64,000 nucleotides of DNA from Bacillota bacterium (GTDB lineage Bacteria; Bacillota; Sulfobacillia; Sulfobacillales; JAIMBI01): contig JAJZYZ010000005.1 of the NCBI GenBank assembly GCA_021797815.1, positions 10,469 through 74,468 of the forward strand, given 5' to 3'. Below the pieces are notes generated by a model, which did not search any database, was not told where the DNA came from, and saw only the letters and a list, made by a program, of their open reading frames with translations. Below, one piece after another: positions 21,203 to 30,728 of the stretch; position 1 is the stretch's first letter; every line of letters starts with the position of its first letter. The translations under genes and the position numbers were made by a program.

Positions 21203-21400
21203 ATGCAGGGACGGGTCAAATGGTTCAGCGCCGACAAGGGCTACGGGTTTCTGGAGAGTGATGAGGGCAGTGATGTCTTCGTGCATTACAGCGCCGTTGC
21301 CGGCGAAGGTTTCCGGTCGCTGAATGAAGGCGAACGCGTCGAGTTCGAGGTGGTGGACGGCACTCGCGGACCTCAGGCGGCCAACGTTATCCGTGTCTAA
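21203..21400 (+). CDS. Cold-shock protein (CspA family)
   Basis: [32 protein letters not shown] contains the RNP1 and RNP2 motifs. 65 aa. SD AGAAGGGAG. Confidence 0.95.
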   Translation: MQGRVKWFSADKGYGFLESDEGSDVFVHYSAVAGEGFRSLNEGERVEFEVVDGTRGPQAANVIRV

Positions 21401-21411
21401 GACGGCCTTTG

Positions 21412-21438
21412 ATCCCGGGGACTCCCCCGGGATTTTTT
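21412..21438 (+). terminator. Rho-independent terminator after csp
   Basis: ATCCCGGGG-ACTC-CCCCGGGAT followed by TTTTT. Confidence 0.8.
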
Positions 21439-21496
21439 GCGCTTATAATGGGGCACTCGCCCGGTTCAGGATACGGCCCCGAGGAGGTTCAGCCCG

Positions 21497-22003
21497 ATGG
21501 ACGTGATAGTGCGCGGCAAGAATATGGACGTTACCGACGCTCTCCACAATCATGTGGCGAAGAAGATCGGCAAGCTGGCGCGGTTTGTGGACCGTCCCGA
21601 CGTGGTGGCCGAGGCGGTGCTGTCGGTGGAGAAGGAGCGGCAGATCGTCGAGGTCACGGTCCCGCTGGAGGGGCGCCTTCTGCGCGGTGAAGAGGCGACC
21701 GACGACATGTACGCCTCGGCCGACCTCGTGGTCGACAAGCTCGAGCGGCAGCTGGAGAAACTAAAGGGACATCTTCGCGCCCGTCATGCGCGCCAGAACG
21801 GCGAGGAGCGATCGGAAAGCGCCCCTGCCTCGGTCGTCCGCCGCAAGACATTCTCGCCCAAACCGATGAGCCTGGACGAGGCGCGGTTGCAGATGGAGAT
21901 GCTGGGTCATGCCTTCTTCGCCTTCGCCAATGCCGACACGGAACAGATAAACGTGCTCTACCGGCGACGGGATGGGAACCTCGGACTGCTGGAACCGCAA
22001 TAG
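21497..22003 (+). CDS. hpf: Ribosome hibernation-promoting factor, long form (HPF/YvyD)
   Basis: MDVIVRGKNMDVTDALHNHVAKKIGKLARF N-domain. C-terminal dimerisation domain (KPMSLDEARLQMEMLGHAFFAFANADTEQINVLYRRRDGNLGLLEP). Confidence 0.93.
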   Translation: MDVIVRGKNMDVTDALHNHVAKKIGKLARFVDRPDVVAEAVLSVEKERQIVEVTVPLEGRLLRGEEATDDMYASADLVVDKLERQLEKLKGHLRARHARQNGEERSESAPASVVRRKTFSPKPMSLDEARLQMEMLGHAFFAFANADTEQINVLYRRRDGNLGLLEPQ

Positions 22004-22126
22004 TACAAAAAGTCCCGCTCGAGGTCTCATCCACTGGCAGGAATGTGCAAACACCTGTCGAACGGGGATAGCTACCGGAGGTGAGCGGTTCTGTCCACCC
22101 TGCGAGCGGAGGCGCTGATCGAACGA

Positions 22127-22699
22127 TTGGTCGGTGTGTCGGCGGCCCGGGTGGAGTGGACGGCGGATGAGACCGTGTCCCGGGTGCATGTGCTGAGCGA
22201 CGGTGAACGACCGCCGCGAATACTTGTGCGGGATATTCAAAGTCTCCTGCAGCACCAGTGCGGACAGTCGGTGCAGCTTGACGCCATCAATGTGGTGGAG
22301 TTCGGGCGCAGAAGTGATGAGGCACCCGGCCGGCCGCGGCTCTTGGGGTTCGAGTGGAGTTGGGCGCGCGACGTGGTCAGAGTCGCGTGCCGCCTCGGTG
22401 TCGAAGATCGGACCGCGGAGGGAAGCTCGGAGCGAGAGGATCTGCACCTGGCCGCCGGCGAGGCGGTGGTGCAGGCCGTGAACGCTCTCACCGGCGGCGT
22501 CCTCGACCTTCGGCTGGTGGCGGTGCACACCGTGCCAACCAGTCGCGGCCCCGTGATTTTGAGTCTGGTCGAAACCGGCGGGCGTGAGCTTCTGTCAGGG
22601 AGCGCCGCCAAGGCCCAGCGGGAGACGGTGGAGGCGGTGATTCGAGCCACGCTGGATGCGGTGAACCGCCAATTGATGCGGCGTGGCCGGGCGGGATAG
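22127..22699 (+). CDS. Hypothetical protein (two-domain, unknown function)
   Basis: 190-aa ORF with protein-like composition. The frame is open back to 22085 (LSTLRAEALIERL...) with no canonical start there. The C-terminal half ends EAVIRATLDAVNRQL, which vaguely resembles LeuA-type regulatory domains. Confidence 0.5.
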   Translation: MVGVSAARVEWTADETVSRVHVLSDGERPPRILVRDIQSLLQHQCGQSVQLDAINVVEFGRRSDEAPGRPRLLGFEWSWARDVVRVACRLGVEDRTAEGSSEREDLHLAAGEAVVQAVNALTGGVLDLRLVAVHTVPTSRGPVILSLVETGGRELLSGSAAKAQRETVEAVIRATLDAVNRQLMRRGRAG

Positions 22700-22970
22700 C
22701 CCGGCTGCCATGACTGAGTGAATTCACGAGCAACATTGGTTTGGCCGATCGCGGATCGCCCTTCTAGCGGAGCAAATGGTAGGCAGTCAACGAGCGGGAC
22801 TGCTACCGGCATATCGCAGGGGGTTACCTAGCGAAATGCAGCGAGTCTACCAGGTACTACGGGGCTTGTTGGACATTATGGTCGCTGGCGCCGGACTGCA
22901 CCTAGACTAGTGACAAGCGGTCGGTCAAAAATTTAGACGGTCAGGGGTTCGACGACGAAAGGAGTCTGCG

Positions 22971-24332
22971 ATGTACCCGCCGCTCATGAAACGGTATATC
23001 GCGGTCGTGTGCGTGGCGGCAGCTGGGGTTCTTGCTGTCACTGGCTATCACCTTGCCCTTAACCTCTCAGCCATTCCGATCGGACTCCTGTTCGTGCTGG
23101 TGGCCATGACGTTCGTGACATCGGTGTTTCCAGTCAGATTTCTGCGCGGAAATGGCATGGCCTCAGTCCAGCTTCCGGTGCTGGTGGCGGCCTCCGTCAT
23201 CCTGGGCCCAGCCCTGGCGGCGTGGGTAGGGATGGCGGTCCCGTGGACCTATCGGGAACTGAAGCTGCAGGTCCGCTGGCCCTCCATCCTGTTCAATCGC
23301 GCACAGTTTGCCCTTATTGCCTGGATGGCCGCCTGGATTTTCCGCGGCCTCGGCGGATCCATCAGCCACCTCACGCTGGCGTCGATGAGCCTTCCCCTGG
23401 CGAGCGCGGCGATCGCGGCCTTTTTCGCGAATATGCTGCTTATGGTCTGGGCCTTTCACTTCCGGCTGGCCCGTCCGGTGCTGGAAGTGTGGCGGGTGCA
23501 CTTCAAGTGGCTGACGTTTAACTTTTGGGCGATGGTGCCGATTTCTTATCTGATGGCCGCCGTCTATCACCAGGGCGGGGTGTGGCCGGAAATTATCTTC
23601 TTGATTCCGCTCGGACTGTCGCGGTGGATCTTCTCCCTGTTTGTCGTTGTGCGCCAGTTCTATCAGAACACGGTAGACATTCTGATGACGGCTCTCGACG
23701 CGAAGGATCCCTATACACGCGGTCACTCAATCCGGGTGGGGCGATTTGCGGCCCGGCTGGCGCGGGAGATGAACCTGGCCGAAGATCTGGTGGAGGAGGT
23801 GCAGCGGGCCGCCGCGCTCCACGACGTGGGCAAGCTTGGCATACCCGACGCCATCCTGAACAAGCCGGGGCAGCTTAACCCGCAGGAGATGCTCGTGATC
23901 CAGCGTCACCCGCTCCTGGGAGGAGCGATCTTGTCTCAGATCGAGGGGGTGGGGCTAGCGCGCGACTGGGTGCTGCACCACCATGAGCGCTTCGACGGGC
24001 AGGGCTACCCGCACAACCTGGCGGCCGAGCAGATCCCGCTGGCAGCCCGCATTACGGCCGTGGTGGACGCCTACGACGCCATGACCACTGACCGCCCCTA
24101 CCGGCAGGCCCTGTCTCACGAGCAGGCCGTGCAGGAGATCCGGGCGGTTTCCGGAACGCAGCTGGATCCGCAGGTAGTGGCAATCTTCCTGAGCATGGTG
24201 GAGGATCGCGACCTCGCCGACGAGGAGAGTCTCGGCAGCGGGTTTACCACACACCTCGGACGGGATCTGGTGGTGGACGTTGACCAGGACCCGAAGGCGG
24301 CGGTGGGTCGGCTCCGCCTTGGCACCAGCTGA
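22971..24332 (+). CDS. HD-GYP domain c-di-GMP phosphodiesterase with polytopic membrane N-terminal domain
   Basis: HDVGKLGIPDAILNKPG and HHERFDGQGYP motifs. About 7 N-terminal TM helices. SD GAAAGGAG. Confidence 0.88.
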   Translation: MYPPLMKRYIAVVCVAAAGVLAVTGYHLALNLSAIPIGLLFVLVAMTFVTSVFPVRFLRGNGMASVQLPVLVAASVILGPALAAWVGMAVPWTYRELKLQVRWPSILFNRAQFALIAWMAAWIFRGLGGSISHLTLASMSLPLASAAIAAFFANMLLMVWAFHFRLARPVLEVWRVHFKWLTFNFWAMVPISYLMAAVYHQGGVWPEIIFLIPLGLSRWIFSLFVVVRQFYQNTVDILMTALDAKDPYTRGHSIRVGRFAARLAREMNLAEDLVEEVQRAAALHDVGKLGIPDAILNKPGQLNPQEMLVIQRHPLLGGAILSQIEGVGLARDWVLHHHERFDGQGYPHNLAAEQIPLAARITAVVDAYDAMTTDRPYRQALSHEQAVQEIRAVSGTQLDPQVVAIFLSMVEDRDLADEESLGSGFTTHLGRDLVVDVDQDPKAAVGRLRLGTS

Positions 24333-24424
24333 CAGCGTCGTCGGCAGCCGACCGCTTCGGTACGGCAGGCGCATTGAACCGGGGTCGGACCGGTGCTAAA
24401 TTAAAGAGCGACCACGCCCGTCAG

Positions 24425-24447
24425 GGACCGGGAGCGGTCCTTTTGTT
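24425..24447 (+). terminator. Rho-independent terminator after the HD-GYP gene
   Basis: GGACCG-GGAG-CGGTCC followed by TTTTGTT. Confidence 0.7.
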
Positions 24448-24464
24448 ATGAGGAGGTGCAAGAC

Positions 24465-27035
24465 GTGCTGAAGGTGTTGTCCAATTGGTTAAACCGCTTC
24501 TCGGAGCGGGAGATGCGGATCTACCTGCGGGTGGTCGAAGACATCAATGCCCTGGAGCCGGGCATGCACGCCCTCAGCGACGAGGAGCTCCGCCAGAAAA
24601 CCGACGAATTCCGCAGCCGCCTTCAGGAGGGCGAGACCCTGGACGCGCTGTTGCCGGAGGCCTTTGCGGTGGTCCGGGAGGCAGCCCAGCGCACCATCGG
24701 ACAGCGGCATTTCGATGTGCAGCTGGCGGGTGGTATGGTGCTCCACGACGCGCGTGTCGCGGAGATGAAGACCGGCGAGGGCAAGACTCTGGTCGCGACC
24801 CTGCCCGTCTATCTGAACGCTCTCAAGGGTGAAGGCGTCCACGTGGTGACGGTGAACGACTACCTCGTGCGCCGCGATGCCCAGTGGATGGGCCAGATCT
24901 ACGAGTTTTTGGGATTGCGCGTCGGCCTCATCCAGCATGACATGGAGCCCGACGAGCGGCGGGAGGCATATGCCGCCGACGTCACTTTCGGAACCAACAA
25001 CGAGTTTGGCTTTGATTATCTGCGCGACAACATGGTGCTGACCCTGGCTGAGCGCGTCCAGCGCGGCCTCGCGTACGCCATCATCGACGAATGCGACTCC
25101 ATTCTGATTGACGAGGCCCGTACGCCGCTCATCATTTCCGGTCAGGCCGACCGGCCGACCGAACTTTACTACACGTTTGCGCGGCTCGTCACCAACCTGC
25201 AGGCCGAGGTCCACTACACGGTTGACGAGAAGTTGAAGACCGTCGCTCCCACCGAAGCTGGCATCGCCAAAGTTGAGCGGATGCTTGGAGTGCCGAATCT
25301 TTATGACAACCAGAACCTCGATCTTTCGCATTACCTGAACCAGGCTCTCAGGGCACGGGCGCTCATGTTCCGCGACCGCGACTACGTGGTCAAAGACGGC
25401 GAGGTCATCATCGTCGACGAGTTCACCGGCCGGCTCATGTTTGGCCGCCGGTACTCGGACGGTCTCCACCAGGCCATTGAGGCCAAAGAAGGCGTGAAGA
25501 TCGCGGAGGAGACCCAGACGCTTGCCACGATCACCTTCCAGAACTATTTCCGGATGTACGCGAAGCTGGCCGGCATGACCGGCACGGCGGTCACGGAGGA
25601 AGAGGAGTTCCGGAAGATTTACGGACTGGACGTCATTGTGGTCCCGACCCACAAAGCCATGATCCGGATCGATCATCCCGACATGGTCTACAAGACGGAG
25701 GCGGCCAAATACCGCGCCGTGGTGCGCGAGATCGAGGAGTGCTTCCAGCGCGGCCAGCCGGTGCTGGTGGGCACGACGTCCATCGAGAAGTCTGAGCGCC
25801 TGTCTGACATGCTCACGCGGCACGGCGTCCCCCATAACGTGCTGAACGCCAAACAGCACGAACGGGAGGCGCAGGTGGTAGCCCAGGCAGGTCAGAAGGG
25901 CCAGGTCACCATCGCCACCAATATGGCCGGCCGGGGGACCGACATCGTGCTGGGCGAGGAGGTGCCGGCCCTCGGGGGTCTTCACATCCTCGGGACCGAA
26001 CGCCACGAAGCGCGGCGGATCGACAACCAGCTCCGAGGACGCTCCGGTCGTCAGGGCGACCCGGGCTCGAGCCGATTTTACCTGTCGCTGGAAGATGACT
26101 TCCTGCGCCTGTTTGCGGCTCCCGCTCTCTCCGGTCTGATGGACCGGCTGGGAGTGGAAGAGGATGAGCCCATCTCGAGCCCGGTGCTGACCCGCGCCAT
26201 CGAGACGGCCCAGAAGAAGATGGAGAACCGGAACTTCGAGATTCGCAAGCAGCTCCTGCAGTACGACGACGTCATGAACGAGCAGCGCAAGATCATCTAT
26301 AACCAGCGCACCCAGATCCTGTCCCAGGAATCTTTGCGCGACGAGGTCTTGAACATGGTGCGGGGTGTAATCGATGACGCGATGGACCTGCACTGCCCCC
26401 CGTCCCAGCACCCGGAGGAGTGGGATCTGAAAGGGCTGGTGGAGGGGCTGGAGGAGTTCTGCCTCACGCCCCACCAGGTGGACCCGGAGAGTCTCGGGGG
26501 CGATGTCGGGCGCGACACCGTGGCCGGCGAACTCATGACCCTGGCCGAGGCCAACTACGCGGCCAAGGAGGCGGAGGTCAGCGAGGAGGCCATGCGCGAG
26601 CTCGAGCGGGTCATCCTGCTGCGGGTGGTCGACTCGAAATGGATGGAGAATCTGGATGCCTTGGACGCCCTCCGCGACGGCGTGGGACTTCGCGCCTACG
26701 GACAGCTCGATCCGCTGGTGGAGTACAAGCGGGAAGCCTTCGACATGTACCAGGCCATGCTGGGCGCCATCCGCGAAGAGGTGGTGCGCATCCTGTACCA
26801 CATCACCATGGCGACCCCGGAGATGATGGCGGAGGCCGAGGCCCCCGTCGCCACCCCCATGCTGGAGCGTCACGGCGATGACGTGCTGGACGTTCCGGGC
26901 GCTGCCCCGGGTCGCCCGGCGCTGCAGGTGCTGCCGGGCGGCAAGACGCCCCGGCAGGTCGGTCGCAACGACCCCTGCTGGTGCGGCAGCGGCAAGAAGT
27001 ACAAGCGCTGTCACGGCCTTTCGCAGGCCACCTGA
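24465..27035 (+). CDS. secA: Preprotein translocase ATPase SecA
   Basis: [14 protein letters not shown] Walker [23 protein letters not shown]-terminal zinc motif [17 protein letters not shown] 24465 lies 8 nt after AGGAGG. Confidence 0.97.
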   Translation: MLKVLSNWLNRFSEREMRIYLRVVEDINALEPGMHALSDEELRQKTDEFRSRLQEGETLDALLPEAFAVVREAAQRTIGQRHFDVQLAGGMVLHDARVAEMKTGEGKTLVATLPVYLNALKGEGVHVVTVNDYLVRRDAQWMGQIYEFLGLRVGLIQHDMEPDERREAYAADVTFGTNNEFGFDYLRDNMVLTLAERVQRGLAYAIIDECDSILIDEARTPLIISGQADRPTELYYTFARLVTNLQAEVHYTVDEKLKTVAPTEAGIAKVERMLGVPNLYDNQNLDLSHYLNQALRARALMFRDRDYVVKDGEVIIVDEFTGRLMFGRRYSDGLHQAIEAKEGVKIAEETQTLATITFQNYFRMYAKLAGMTGTAVTEEEEFRKIYGLDVIVVPTHKAMIRIDHPDMVYKTEAAKYRAVVREIEECFQRGQPVLVGTTSIEKSERLSDMLTRHGVPHNVLNAKQHEREAQVVAQAGQKGQVTIATNMAGRGTDIVLGEEVPALGGLHILGTERHEARRIDNQLRGRSGRQGDPGSSRFYLSLEDDFLRLFAAPALSGLMDRLGVEEDEPISSPVLTRAIETAQKKMENRNFEIRKQLLQYDDVMNEQRKIIYNQRTQILSQESLRDEVLNMVRGVIDDAMDLHCPPSQHPEEWDLKGLVEGLEEFCLTPHQVDPESLGGDVGRDTVAGELMTLAEANYAAKEAEVSEEAMRELERVILLRVVDSKWMENLDALDALRDGVGLRAYGQLDPLVEYKREAFDMYQAMLGAIREEVVRILYHITMATPEMMAEAEAPVATPMLERHGDDVLDVPGAAPGRPALQVLPGGKTPRQVGRNDPCWCGSGKKYKRCHGLSQAT

Positions 27036-27081
27036 CCGGCCGCAGCTGCCCTGCCACGCCGAAAACACGGGAGGTTGTCTA

Positions 27082-28216
27082 ATGTTATTGAATGATGCCT
27101 TGATCCTGCGGCGCGACGAGCTCCAGGAGCTCCTCGCGCGAGTCAGGGGGTCTCTTTGACCCGGCCCAGCGCGCCACACAGATTGAACAGTTGGAGAAGG
27201 ACATGTCCCGACCGGGCTTCTGGGACAGCCCGGAGGCTGCCCAGAACCTTCTGAAGACCCTCCGTCGGGTGCGGGTGCCGCTTGACCGCTATCAGCCGCT
27301 GGCAAGACGGGTCGAAGACTTTGATGAGCTTCTGGCCCTGGCGTCGGCCGAGGATGACGCCGAAACCTTGAGGGCGCTGGAAGCCGAGGGGCAGGCTGTT
27401 CTGGAGGAGCTTCAGGACCTGGAACTCTCCCTCATCCTCACCGGACCGTACGACGCGGAGTCGGCCATCGTGACCCTCCACGCCGGCGCCGGGGGCACCG
27501 AAGCTCAGGATTGGGCCGAGATGCTGGTGAGGATGTACCTGCGCTGGGCGGAGCGCCACGACTTTGAGACCACCATTCTAGACACGCTGCCCGGGGAAGA
27601 GGCGGGAGTCAAGAGCGCGACCATAGCCGTCCGCGGCGACAACGCCTACGGCTTTTTACGCGCCGAGCGAGGGGTGCACCGCCTGGTGCGGATCTCGCCC
27701 TTTGACGCGTCCGGCCGCCGTCACACGTCGTTTGCCTCCGTAGATGTGGTGCCGGACCTGAAGGACGATGCGGAGGTGGAGATAGGCCCCGACGATCTCC
27801 GGATCGACACGTTTCGCGCCAGCGGTGCCGGGGGTCAGCACGTGAACAAGACGGAGTCTGCCATCCGCATTACCCATATCCCGTCCGGTATCGTGGTGAC
27901 CTGCCAGAACGAACGCTCCCAGCACGCCAACCGTGACACCGCCATGCGGGTCCTGCGCGGAAAGCTTGCTGAGTTGAAGGAGCTCGAACGGCAGCGAGAG
28001 ATGAACAAGATCCGCGGGGTCCAGCAGGACATAGGCTTCGGCAGTCAGATACGGTCGTATGTGTTCCAGCCCTACACCGTCGTGCGCGACCATCGTACCC
28101 GCACCGAGGTGGGGAACGTCCAGGGGGTAATGGACGGGGACATCGACCCTTTCATCCGCTCCTATCTGCAGACGGAGGCGCGGGGCGCCCTGGTGCTTGA
28201 GACACCAGGTGAGTAA
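27082..28216 (+). CDS. prfB: Peptide chain release factor 2, expressed by programmed +1 frameshift (27082-27156 joined to 27158-28216)
   Basis: Frame 0 gives MLLNDALILRRDELQELLARVRGSL then TGA. The +1 frame continues DPAQRATQIEQLEKDMSRPGFWD... with SPF (RISPFD) and GGQ (GAGGQHVNKTESAIRITH) motifs. Confidence 0.95.
27143..27160 (+). other. RF2 autoregulatory +1 frameshift site
   Basis: AGGGGG (internal SD-like) followed by TCT CTT TGA C, the canonical CTT-TGA-C shift site. Confidence 0.9.
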
Positions 28217-28880
28217 GGTGGTCCTGGGCCTGCTGCTGGTGGTTCTCCTGCTGGCGGCCGGGCAGGTGCTGGTGCCACGGATCGCGGGACAGGCTCTTTC
28301 TCAGGCGCTCACGCGTGTGACCGGCCCCGGAAGCCGGGACACGGTGACGGTGGGAGCGGTGCCGTTCTTCCAGTTGTTTCAGGGCCGCTTTCAGGCGGTC
28401 GACGTGTCGGCGGAGCATGTGGACGCGCACGGTCTCACGATTGGAAGTCTCGTCGTACTGTGGCAGAACGGAACCGTGAACGTACCGGATCTCGTACAGC
28501 ACCATGAGCTCCGGGTCGTGAAGCCGGGGGCGCTCGCGGCCACCGTGCGTGTGAGCGGCTCCTCGTTGGCGCAATTTCTGGACGAAAGCGGCCGCATCCA
28601 TAATGCCCGCGTGACGGTGGCCGCGGCGTACGTGCGCATCAGCGGCACCGTAAGCATCGGCGGCATTAACGGCCCGCTCGACGCGACCGGACGCTTCAGC
28701 ATTGGCCCCGGGGGACGCACCATCTTGTTCCAGCCTCTGTCGGTCAATGGACTCGGGGTGCCGGCCGTGACCCGGCTCCAGCTGTGGAGCATAGCGAGCC
28801 TGCATCTGCCGATTCCGGTCACGGTGACCGGAATCCGCCTGGCCCCGCCCTACGTGGTGGTGACCGCCCACTCTAGCTGA
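28197..28880 (+). CDS. Hypothetical membrane-anchored protein, DUF2993 (LmeA-like) resemblance
   Basis: N-terminal TM segment, then a beta-rich repeat-like body (VTVGAVPFFQLFQGRFQAVDVSAEHVDAHGLTIGSL, ARVTVAAAYVRISGTV). Start uncertain (TTG 28197, GTG 28209 or GTG 28218). Confidence 0.6.
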   Translation: MRHQVSKVVLGLLLVVLLLAAGQVLVPRIAGQALSQALTRVTGPGSRDTVTVGAVPFFQLFQGRFQAVDVSAEHVDAHGLTIGSLVVLWQNGTVNVPDLVQHHELRVVKPGALAATVRVSGSSLAQFLDESGRIHNARVTVAAAYVRISGTVSIGGINGPLDATGRFSIGPGGRTILFQPLSVNGLGVPAVTRLQLWSIASLHLPIPVTVTGIRLAPPYVVVTAHSS

Positions 28881-28883
28881 CGC

Positions 28884-29960
28884 TCACGACACGCCGCTAT
28901 TGTCGATGGCGGAGAGCAGGCGCCGCGCGGTCGCCGCGGTGATGCGGCCGGCGCGAAGCTCTTCCAAGATGAGGCGACGACCACGCTCCCGCTCCTGCGC
29001 CGAGGCTAGGGGTGCCGCGTCCTGCCGCCCTCGAAGCACGGTGATGGAGCCCCGCCGTGTCCTAACCGACAGCACCTGCGGTCCGTCATCGAAGGTCAGC
29101 ACTACTCGCTCGCCGGGTGTCGGCGCGCCGGCGAAAGGGAGCCGGACCCGGGGGAGCTCACTCACGACCCGACCGTGGTGCGCGAATGCCTCGAGCCGGC
29201 CTCCCTGCCGGCCATCAAGCTGCAGATGGGCGTTGCCGGACGCCACTTCCACGTCGCCGCCTTCGATGCGCGACTGGTCCACGCGGAGGTTTCCGCGCGA
29301 AAGAGACGCTTCCAGGTTAAGGAGGCGGCCGCCCGTAATCTGCACCGGTCCCATGCCGCCCGTGAGTTGAAGGCGCAGGTCGCGGGCATTGTGGACGTCA
29401 ATCGACCCGAGCCCGCTCTCCACCGCGACGTGTCCGCCCACATCCATCAGTACGATTCCGCCGGTGCCGGTCTCCACCTCGCCCTCGCCCACGGCATCGG
29501 CGAGGTGCACCGATCCCGCGCCCGCGTCAAGCGCATAGGGTCCCCGATGCCGGATCACCTCGATCGACCCGAGGGCGGTGTCAATCTGAAGCTCGCCGTC
29601 CATGCCGTCCACGACGACATCGGCGTGGCCGGCGTCCACCTGCAGTTCCCCCGCCAGTTTCCGCCCGCTGACACTGCCGTTTGCCACCTCGACGGTCATC
29701 TCGCCGGTCAGATCCCGCATCTCCACCCGCCCCTGGGCCACATCCACCTGAAGCGTCTGAAGCTCTCGTGGCATCCGAACCGTGAGATCGACCTGCCGGG
29801 GGTCGCGGCATTCGAGACCGAGCTCCGCGCCGTCTTGATGGATGGCCACCAGGGAAGGGACGGCGTCGAACTCCAGGTCGCCTCGGTCCTCCCCTCGAAG
29901 GCGGACGATCCCGCGCCGCAAGGCTACCTGAAGCTCTGCCGGGGCGCGAAGCGTGGGCAT
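28884..29960 (-). CDS. DUF4097-like beta-helix protein with helical C-terminal tail
   Basis: Repeating G-x-V/I-x-V/L rungs (VEVANGSVSGRKLAGELQVDAGHADVVVDGMDGELQIDTALGSIEV...). Tail RRLILEELRAGRITAATARRLLSAI. Confidence 0.7.
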   Translation of the reverse strand: MPTLRAPAELQVALRRGIVRLRGEDRGDLEFDAVPSLVAIHQDGAELGLECRDPRQVDLTVRMPRELQTLQVDVAQGRVEMRDLTGEMTVEVANGSVSGRKLAGELQVDAGHADVVVDGMDGELQIDTALGSIEVIRHRGPYALDAGAGSVHLADAVGEGEVETGTGGIVLMDVGGHVAVESGLGSIDVHNARDLRLQLTGGMGPVQITGGRLLNLEASLSRGNLRVDQSRIEGGDVEVASGNAHLQLDGRQGGRLEAFAHHGRVVSELPRVRLPFAGAPTPGERVVLTFDDGPQVLSVRTRRGSITVLRGRQDAAPLASAQERERGRRLILEELRAGRITAATARRLLSAIDNSGVS

Positions 29961-30565
29961 CAGTACGACTCCAACGGTGCGTCGGGATCGCTTCTTCGCG
30001 CGTCGCGGATAGCGTCCAGCTGGCGCATGGCCTCATCGACCGAGAGCTCGCCCCGGGCCACCCGCTCCAGAATGTCGTCTTCGGTGGGGGTGGCGCGCTC
30101 GGTTGTGCCCTCAGGGGTGCCCGCGGTCGGAGGCGGCTCGGGCCGCGGTGGCCTGGGCGGTGTCGGTGGCGGGCCCTCCATGAACCGCGTTGCGAAGAAG
30201 TCACGGGTGAAGCGGCGGGTGGCGTCAGCCAGCTGCCGGGACAGAGTCCCAATCTCTTCGGCGGGAGGACGGGGTGGCGGCGCGGCCGGTTCACTCCCAC
30301 CAGGCTCACCCTCGAACGCCTCCACCAGCTGGTCCAGTTTGGCGCGCACGGTGGGGTAGGAAACACCGAGGGCCCGTTCCATCTCGCGCAGATTGCCACG
30401 GCTCACGACGAAGAGCCGCAGGAACTCGGCCATCTCCGGCGTGAGCCGGTGAAACGGCGGCAGCGTGAAGCGGGAGCGGAGGCTCAATCCACAGTGGGGG
30501 CACTCCAGTTCACGAACGGTGAGTCCATGCTGGCATACGGGGCAGATGCCGAGTAGCTCGGCCAT
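29960..30565 (-). CDS. DUF2089-like zinc-ribbon/HTH protein
   Basis: CPVCQHGLTVRELECPHCG zinc ribbon. FLRLFVVSRGNLREMERALGVSYPTVRAKLDQLV HTH-like segment. Pro-rich linker. Tail GELSVDEAMRQLDAIR. The stop overlaps the next start. Confidence 0.75.
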   Translation of the reverse strand: MAELLGICPVCQHGLTVRELECPHCGLSLRSRFTLPPFHRLTPEMAEFLRLFVVSRGNLREMERALGVSYPTVRAKLDQLVEAFEGEPGGSEPAAPPPRPPAEEIGTLSRQLADATRRFTRDFFATRFMEGPPPTPPRPPRPEPPPTAGTPEGTTERATPTEDDILERVARGELSVDEAMRQLDAIRDARRSDPDAPLESY

Positions 30566-30728
30566 GACATCCCTCCTGCACCAAACTTAATCACGATATC
30601 AACTTTATTGCAATCACACTTACCAAAGTTGCAGTGGCGTGAGCGCCGGTCGATTTCGGCGCGTGTCGTGGCGGCCCCACCCGGGCATGGACTATGCTGA
30701 GCAGGCAGGTTTCCGAAAGAGGGCGGCG

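Noticed and set aside
20584-21237. 217-aa minus-strand ORF spanning the metK-csp intergenic region.
   Set aside because: It runs through the metK 3' end, the DnaA-box island and the csp promoter. Its composition is shadow-like and there is no SD.
22760-22830. c-di-GMP-I riboswitch upstream of the HD-GYP gene.
   Set aside because: Only fragmentary similarity (GCAAA, GCAGGGGGTTACC). I could not reconstruct the P1/P2 architecture or the conserved GACGCAAAGC block. It is reported only as a leader worth scanning.
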